The translations under genes and the position numbers were made by a program. The notes beneath the pieces were generated by a model, which did no database searches, was not told the DNA's origin, and was given only the letters and a program-made list of their open reading frames with translations. From a virus (taxonomy: Duplodnaviria; Heunggongvirae; Uroviricota; Caudoviricetes), in IMG/VR virus record IMGVR_UViG_2700989509_000025, positions 1 through 19,341 of that record: DNA of 19,341 nucleotides; one strand, given 5' to 3'. Numbering within the stretch: the stretch's first letter is position 1; each line of letters begins with the position of its first letter. Shown one piece after another: positions 13,883 through 19,341 of the stretch.

Positions 13883-16555
13883 ATGAGCACCGATAAACAA
13901 GTTTTCCCACTGTATTACGAAGCCAAAAATGACAAAGTAAGAAAACGTCTCGGTATTAAAGGCGGTTTTTACTGGGCTGAAGCGAAAAAATTATCCATTG
14001 CCATCTCCCGTGGTGCTGTTGCGATTGACGATGCTGGCTACGATGAAGATGACTTTAAAAAACCTGTTCGCGTCAATTTGCCCGTTGTTGATGACCTCCC
14101 ACCAGAAGGCGTATTTGATACGGAATTCTGCAACCGATACGAAAAAGGCGGGGAGGATGGCATCACAATGGTATTTATCGCCCCGTCACCCTCTGTTCAG
14201 GATAAACCAGCCAGCACTGACAATACCAACATCAACGGCGAAGACATGACTGAGATTGAGGAGAGCATGCTTCTGCCTGTCTCCGGTCAGGAACTGCCCA
14301 TTCGTTGGCTTGCTCAACACGGCAGCGAAAAACCAGTAACGCACGTTTCACGCGACGAACTCCAGGCATTACACATTGCACGGGCTGAAGAACTACCGGC
14401 TGTTACTGCCCTGGCTATTTCGCATAAAACCAGTCTGCTCGACTCGCTGGAGATTCGCGACCTCCACAAACTGGTTCGTGACACTGACAAAGTTTTCCCT
14501 AATCCTGGTAATTCAGACCTGGGACTAATAACTGCTTTTTTCGAAGCATACCTGGACGCTGACTACACTTATCGGGGTCTGCTGACAAAAGAGTGGATGA
14601 AAGGAAATCGTGTTTCACGCATCACCCGCACGGCTTCCGGTGCTAATGCTGGCGGTGGGAACAAAACCGATCGCAATCCGAATTTAGTACACACCCTCGA
14701 CACACTGGATGTGGAGATTGCAGCAGCCACACTTCCGATGGATTTTAATATTTATGAAATTCCGGGCAGCGTTTATCGTCGCGCAAAAGAAGTAGTCCTG
14801 AACAAAGAAAGTCCGTTCAAAGAATGGTCCGCAGCACTTCGTGCAACCCCGGGTATTCTGGACTATTCCCGCGCCGCTATTTTTGCACTTATCCGAAGCG
14901 CACACCCTGAATTTTATCACTACCCGGGACGCCTTCAGGGGTATATCAACGCCTATTTGACGGAAACTGATCACGAGAACCCCAGCAAGGAAACTCTCAC
15001 AGCTGCCCGGCATACACCGGAAAAAGATATCCTGGAAGAAATTAACCGCGAGGTGGTTACTGAGCGTGAAACAGAAGAAGAAAAACCACAACCATCTGAC
15101 GCAATGGCAGGTGAACAGGCAACAACTGAAACAATGGAACCGGATACAACTGAACATGGCCAGAACGCGCAGTCGCTGGATGCTCAGTCGCAGGTGAGTT
15201 CCGCTAACCAAGTAAAAGTCACCGCTGACGAAGTAAACAAAATTATGCAGGCAGCCAATATCAGCCAGCCTGACGCCGATAAGTTACTTGCTGTATCGCG
15301 TGGTGAATTTGTTGAGGGGATTAGCGACCCTAATGATCCGAAATGGGTCAAGGGGATCCAGACTCGCGATTCTGTGAACCAGAACCAGCATGAATCGGAA
15401 CGGAACGACCAAAAAGCGGAACAAAACAGCCCAAATGCGTTACAAAACGAGCCAGAAACGAAACAATCCGAACCAGTAGCGCAACAGGAACCGGAAAAAG
15501 TCTGCACCGCCTGCGGTCAGAGCGGTGGCGGCAACTGCCCTGATTGTGGCGCGGTGATGGGCGACGCAACATACCAGGAAACATTCGGTGAAGAGAATCA
15601 GGTTGAAGCTAAGGAAAAAGATCCGGAGGAAATGGAAGGCGCTGAACATCCGCACAATGAGAATGCTGGCAGCGATCCGCATCGCGATTGCAGTGATGAA
15701 ACTGGCGAAGTCGCAGATCCCGTAATCGTAGAAGACATAGAGCCAGGTATTTATTACGGAATTTCGAATGAGAATTACCACGCGGGTCCCGGTGTCAGTA
15801 AGTCTCAGCTCGATGACATTGCTGATACTCCGGCACTGTATTTGTGGCGTAAAAATGCCCCCGTGGACACTACAAAGACAAAAACGCTCGATTTAGGAAC
15901 CGCTTTCCACTGCCGGGTACTTGAACCGGAAGAATTCAGTAACCGCTTTATCGTAGCACCTGAATTTAACCGCCGTACAACCGCCGGAAAAGAAGAAGAG
16001 AAAGCGTTTCTGATGGAATGCGCAAGCACAGGAAAAACGGTTATCACTGCGGAAGAAGGCCGGAAAATTGAACTCATGTATCAAAGCGTTATGGCTTTGC
16101 CGCTGGGGCAATGGCTTGTTGAAAGCGCCGGACACGCTGAATCATCAATTTACTGGGAAGATCCGGAAACAGGAATTTTGTGTCGGTGCCGTCCGGACAA
16201 AATTATTCCTGAATTTCACTGGATCATGGACGTGAAAACCACAGCGGATATTCAACGATTCAAAACGGCTTATTACGACTACCGCTATCACGTTCAGGAT
16301 GCATTCTACAGTGACGGTTATGAAGCACAGTTTGGCGTGCAGCCAACTTTCGTTTTTCTGGTTGCCAGCACAACTGTTGAATGCGGACGTTATCCGGTTG
16401 AGATTTTCATGATGGGCGAAGAAGCAAAACTGGCAGGCCAGCAGGAATATCACCGCAATCTGCGGACCCTGGCTGACTGCCTAAATACCGATGAATGGCC
16501 AGCTATTAAGACGTTATCACTGCCCCGCTGGGCTAAGGAGTATGCAAATGATTAA
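13883..16555 (+). CDS. recE: RecE exodeoxyribonuclease VIII
   Basis: 890-aa ORF; acidic low-complexity middle; C-terminal PD-(D/E)xK-type exonuclease domain ([13 protein letters not shown]); overlaps recT start as in Rac. Confidence 0.85.
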   Translation: MSTDKQVFPLYYEAKNDKVRKRLGIKGGFYWAEAKKLSIAISRGAVAIDDAGYDEDDFKKPVRVNLPVVDDLPPEGVFDTEFCNRYEKGGEDGITMVFIAPSPSVQDKPASTDNTNINGEDMTEIEESMLLPVSGQELPIRWLAQHGSEKPVTHVSRDELQALHIARAEELPAVTALAISHKTSLLDSLEIRDLHKLVRDTDKVFPNPGNSDLGLITAFFEAYLDADYTYRGLLTKEWMKGNRVSRITRTASGANAGGGNKTDRNPNLVHTLDTLDVEIAAATLPMDFNIYEIPGSVYRRAKEVVLNKESPFKEWSAALRATPGILDYSRAAIFALIRSAHPEFYHYPGRLQGYINAYLTETDHENPSKETLTAARHTPEKDILEEINREVVTERETEEEKPQPSDAMAGEQATTETMEPDTTEHGQNAQSLDAQSQVSSANQVKVTADEVNKIMQAANISQPDADKLLAVSRGEFVEGISDPNDPKWVKGIQTRDSVNQNQHESERNDQKAEQNSPNALQNEPETKQSEPVAQQEPEKVCTACGQSGGGNCPDCGAVMGDATYQETFGEENQVEAKEKDPEEMEGAEHPHNENAGSDPHRDCSDETGEVADPVIVEDIEPGIYYGISNENYHAGPGVSKSQLDDIADTPALYLWRKNAPVDTTKTKTLDLGTAFHCRVLEPEEFSNRFIVAPEFNRRTTAGKEEEKAFLMECASTGKTVITAEEGRKIELMYQSVMALPLGQWLVESAGHAESSIYWEDPETGILCRCRPDKIIPEFHWIMDVKTTADIQRFKTAYYDYRYHVQDAFYSDGYEAQFGVQPTFVFLVASTTVECGRYPVEIFMMGEEAKLAGQQEYHRNLRTLADCLNTDEWPAIKTLSLPRWAKEYAND

Positions 16556-17357
16556 GCAACCACCTATCGCAAAAGCCGATCTGCAAAAAACTCAGGGAAA
16601 CCGTGCACCAGCAGCAGTTAACGATAAGGATGTGCTGTGCGTGATTAACAGCCCGGCAATGAAAGAGCAACTGGCAGCAGCTCTTCCACGCCATATGACG
16701 GCTGAACGTATGATCCGTATCGCCACCACAGAAATTAGTAAAGTTCCGGCGTTAGGAAACTGTGACACTATGAGTTTTGTCAGTGCGATCGTACAGTGTT
16801 CACAGCTCGGACTTGAGCCAGGTAGCGCCCTCGGTCATGCATATTTACTGCCTTTTGGTAATAAAAACGAAAAGAGCGGTAAAAAGAACGTTCAGCTAAT
16901 CATTGGCTATCGCGGCATGATTGATCTGGCTCGCCGTTCTGGTCAAATCGCCAGCCTGTCAGCCCGTGTTGTCCGTGAAGGTGACGAGTTTAGCTTCGAA
17001 TTTGGCCTTGATGAAAAGTTAATACACCGCCCGGGAGAAAACGAAGATGCCCCGGTTACCCACGTCTATGCTGTCGCAAGACTGAAAGACGGAGGTACTC
17101 AGTTTGAAGTTATGACGCGCAAACAGATTGAGCTGGTGCGCAGCCTGAGTAAAGCTGGTAATAACGGGCCGTGGGTAACTCACTGGGAAGAAATGGCAAA
17201 GAAAACGGCTATTCGTCGCCTGTTCAAATATCTGCCCGTATCAATTGAGATCCAGCGTGCAGTATCAATGGATGAAAAGGAACCACTGACAATCGATCCT
17301 GCAGATTCCTCTGTATTAACCGGGGAATACAGTGTAATCGATAATTCAGAGGAATAA
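16548..17357 (+). CDS. recT: RecT single-strand annealing protein
   Basis: 269 aa from ATG at 16548 (SD AAGGAG; ATG overlaps recE stop); [24 protein letters not shown]... matches recalled RecT. Confidence 0.9.
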   Translation: MIKQPPIAKADLQKTQGNRAPAAVNDKDVLCVINSPAMKEQLAAALPRHMTAERMIRIATTEISKVPALGNCDTMSFVSAIVQCSQLGLEPGSALGHAYLLPFGNKNEKSGKKNVQLIIGYRGMIDLARRSGQIASLSARVVREGDEFSFEFGLDEKLIHRPGENEDAPVTHVYAVARLKDGGTQFEVMTRKQIELVRSLSKAGNNGPWVTHWEEMAKKTAIRRLFKYLPVSIEIQRAVSMDEKEPLTIDPADSSVLTGEYSVIDNSEE

Positions 17358-17413
17358 TTCAGCCTGGCGGTGTAATGCACCGCCAACTTGAAATATTTTT
17401 TATGAGAAAAATT

Positions 17414-17608
17414 ATGAGATATGACAATGTTAAACCATGTCCATTTTGTGGTTGTCCATCAGTAACGGTGAAAGTCATTTCAGGATATTACCGAGCGAAG
17501 TGTAACGGATGCGAATCCCGAACCGGTTATGGTGGAAGTGAAAAAGAAGCACTCGAAAGATGGAATAAACGAACCACTGGAAATAATAACGGAGGTGTTC
17601 ATGTATAA
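17414..17608 (+). CDS. ralR: RalR/Lar restriction-alleviation protein
   Basis: 64 aa from internal ATG at 17414: MRYDNVKPCPFCGCPSVTVKVISGYYRAKCNGCESRTGYGGSEKEALERWNKRTTGNNNGGVHV. Confidence 0.75.
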   Translation: MRYDNVKPCPFCGCPSVTVKVISGYYRAKCNGCESRTGYGGSEKEALERWNKRTTGNNNGGVHV

Positions 17609-17789
17609 AATTACCGCCACTATTGAAAAGGAAGGTGGCACTCCTACTAACTGGACAAGATATTCAAAATCTAAACTAACGAAATCAGAATGCGAAAAAA
17701 TGCTCTCAGGTAAAAAAGAAGCAGGCGTTTCCAGAGAGCAGAAAGTAAAACTGATAAATTTTAATTGCGAGAAACTTCAGTCCTCGTGA
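17601..17789 (+). CDS. ydaC: YdaC-like small protein
   Basis: 62 aa from ATG at 17601 preceded by GGAGG; start overlaps ralR stop. Confidence 0.65.
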   Translation: MYKITATIEKEGGTPTNWTRYSKSKLTKSECEKMLSGKKEAGVSREQKVKLINFNCEKLQSS

Positions 17790-17888
17790 ATTGCATTGTA
17801 TTCAAATTAAAACTTCATAGCTGATTATTAATAATCAACATCGGGCGTCAATTTCAGTCTAACATTGGCGCCTGCCAGAGGTGATGCG

Positions 17889-18104
17889 ATGGCACAAGTA
17901 ATCTTTAATGAAGAGTGGATGGTTGAATACGGCCTGATGCTTCGCACTGGTCTGGGGGCCAGACAAATTGAAGCATACCGCCAGAACTGTTGGGTGGAGG
18001 GCTTCCACTTCAAACGAGTATCTCCTTTAGGTAAGCCAGACAGCAAACGAGGGATTATCTGGTACAACTATCCAAAGATAAATCAGTTTATCAAAGACTC
18101 ATGA
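17889..18104 (+). CDS. xisR: Excisionase (XisR-like)
   Basis: 71 aa from ATG at 17889: [44 protein letters not shown]...; directly upstream of integrase. Confidence 0.75.
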   Translation: MAQVIFNEEWMVEYGLMLRTGLGARQIEAYRQNCWVEGFHFKRVSPLGKPDSKRGIIWYNYPKINQFIKDS

Positions 18105-18105
18105 T

Positions 18106-19341
18106 ATGTCTAAATTACCAACAGGTGTCGAGATTAGAGGTAGATACATTCGCATCTGGTTCATGTTTCGAGGAAAACGATGTCGGGAAACATTAAAAGG
18201 CTGGGAGATTACAAACAGTAATATTAAAAAGGCCGGAAATTTAAGAGCGCTGATAGTTCATGAAATAAACTCCGGTGAATTTGAGTATTTAAGACGTTTT
18301 CCCCAGTCCAGCACTGGGGCAAAAATGGTGACAACGAGAGTCATAAAAACGTTCGGAGAGCTTTGTGATATCTGGACAAAAATTAAAGAGACAGAGTTAA
18401 CAACAAACACAATGAAGAAAACGAAATCACAATTAAAAACACTCAGAATAATAATTTGTGAAAGTACCCTGATATCACATATTCGTTATAGCGATATCTT
18501 AAACTACCGGAATGAACTGCTGCATGGAGAAACGCTTTACCTGGATAATCCAAGATCCAACAAAAAAGGAAGAACCGTGCGCACAGTTGATAACTATATC
18601 GCCCTGCTCTGTTCGCTGTTACGTTTTGCGTATCAGTCGGGATTTATATCAACCAAACCATTTGAAGGAGTAAAAAAATTACAGCGAAACAGAATAAAGC
18701 CTGATCCGTTATCTAAAACAGAATTCAATGCATTAATGGAAAGTGAAAAAGGACAGAGCCAGAACATGTGGAAATTTGCAGTTTACTCAGGACTTCGTCA
18801 CGGGGAACTGGCAGCTCTGGCGTGGGAGGATGTGGATCTCGAAAAGGGAATAGTGAATGTCAGAAGAAACCTGACGATACTTGATATGTTCGGTCCCCCA
18901 AAAACAAATGCCGGGATCCGGACAGTAACACTACTGCAGCCTGCTCTTGAAGCACTGAAGGAGCAATACAAACTGACCGGGCATCATCGCAAAAGCGAAA
19001 TCACCTTTTATCATCGGGAGTACGGCAGAACCGAAAAGCAAAAACTGCATTTTGTTTTCATGCCCAGGGTGTGTAACGGAAAACAAAAACCTTATTACTC
19101 GGTAAGCAGTTTGGGGGCAAGGTGGAATGCAGCAGTAAAACGTGCTGGTATTCGCCGCCGTAATCCGTACCATACGCGGCATACTTTTGCCTGCTGGCTG
19201 TTGACGGCAGGAGCGAACCCGGCATTTATAGCCAGCCAAATGGGGCATGAAACTGCGCAGATGGTGTATGAAATTTACGGTATGTGGATTGATGACATGA
19301 ACGACGAACAGATAGCCATGTTGAATGCGCGGTTATCATAG
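18106..19341 (+). CDS. intR: Tyrosine-type site-specific integrase (IntR-like)
   Basis: 411-aa ORF ending at the window edge with stop; C-terminal catalytic region HTRHTFACWLL...MGHETAQMVYEIY with R, H-x-x-R and Y. Confidence 0.9.
   Translation: MSKLPTGVEIRGRYIRIWFMFRGKRCRETLKGWEITNSNIKKAGNLRALIVHEINSGEFEYLRRFPQSSTGAKMVTTRVIKTFGELCDIWTKIKETELTTNTMKKTKSQLKTLRIIICESTLISHIRYSDILNYRNELLHGETLYLDNPRSNKKGRTVRTVDNYIALLCSLLRFAYQSGFISTKPFEGVKKLQRNRIKPDPLSKTEFNALMESEKGQSQNMWKFAVYSGLRHGELAALAWEDVDLEKGIVNVRRNLTILDMFGPPKTNAGIRTVTLLQPALEALKEQYKLTGHHRKSEITFYHREYGRTEKQKLHFVFMPRVCNGKQKPYYSVSSLGARWNAAVKRAGIRRRNPYHTRHTFACWLLTAGANPAFIASQMGHETAQMVYEIYGMWIDDMNDEQIAMLNARLS

Larger units (their letters stand above)
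1..19341. mobile_element. Rac-type lambdoid prophage segment (integrase end through late-operon leader); both prophage ends lie outside the window
   Basis: Collinear lambdoid modules: int-xis-ydaC-ralR-recT-recE-racC-ydaE-kilR on plus strand; repressor/cro switch; replication, nin, Q, tRNAs on minus strand. Several translations match recalled K-12 Rac proteins. Confidence 0.85.

Noticed and set aside
14684-16453. Minus-strand ORFs inside recE (14684..15211, 15184..15507, 15440..15781, 15805..16135, 16145..16453)
   Set aside because: All antisense to the recE frame; Cys/Phe-rich shadow translations.
1-19341. CRISPR array, IS element or attachment-site scan
   Set aside because: No regularly spaced repeat-spacer array and no transposase-like ORF seen. 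Prophage attachment sites are expected beyond the integrase end and so outside the window.

Overview
The whole window reads as one arm of a Rac-type lambdoid prophage of an enterobacterial (E. coli-like) host. From the right end inward, the plus strand carries the early-left operon: integrase at the edge (18106..19341), then xis, ydaC, ralR, recT, recE, racC, ydaE and kilR. The immunity switch sits at 11415..12173, with divergent repressor and Cro-like genes and palindromic operators. Leftward on the minus strand are replication genes (replisome organizer, DnaC-like loader), nin-region genes, a small DNA methyltransferase, a Q-type antiterminator with a PR'-like promoter and short terminated leader, an ORF6N-domain gene, three phage tRNAs (Ile2-CAU, Arg-UCG, Arg-UCU) and a NanS-p-like esterase truncated at position 1. 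Embedded between the methyltransferase and the nin region is an AT-rich cargo island (about 5230..7680). It holds a hokD-like type I toxin and a convergent, 3'-overlapping pair: a 365-aa beta-family-like protein and a 192-aa protein with a PD-(D/E)xK-like motif. That pair is my best candidate for an uncharacterised anti-phage or abortive-infection module. Other points worth a second look are three copies of a 19-bp palindrome in and upstream of the replication-initiator gene, 30-bp tandem repeats inside the ORF6N gene, and a structured ORF-free 400-bp stretch in the early-left operon. All family assignments rest on reading the translations and on recalled knowledge of K-12 Rac and lambdoid phages; no searches were run.
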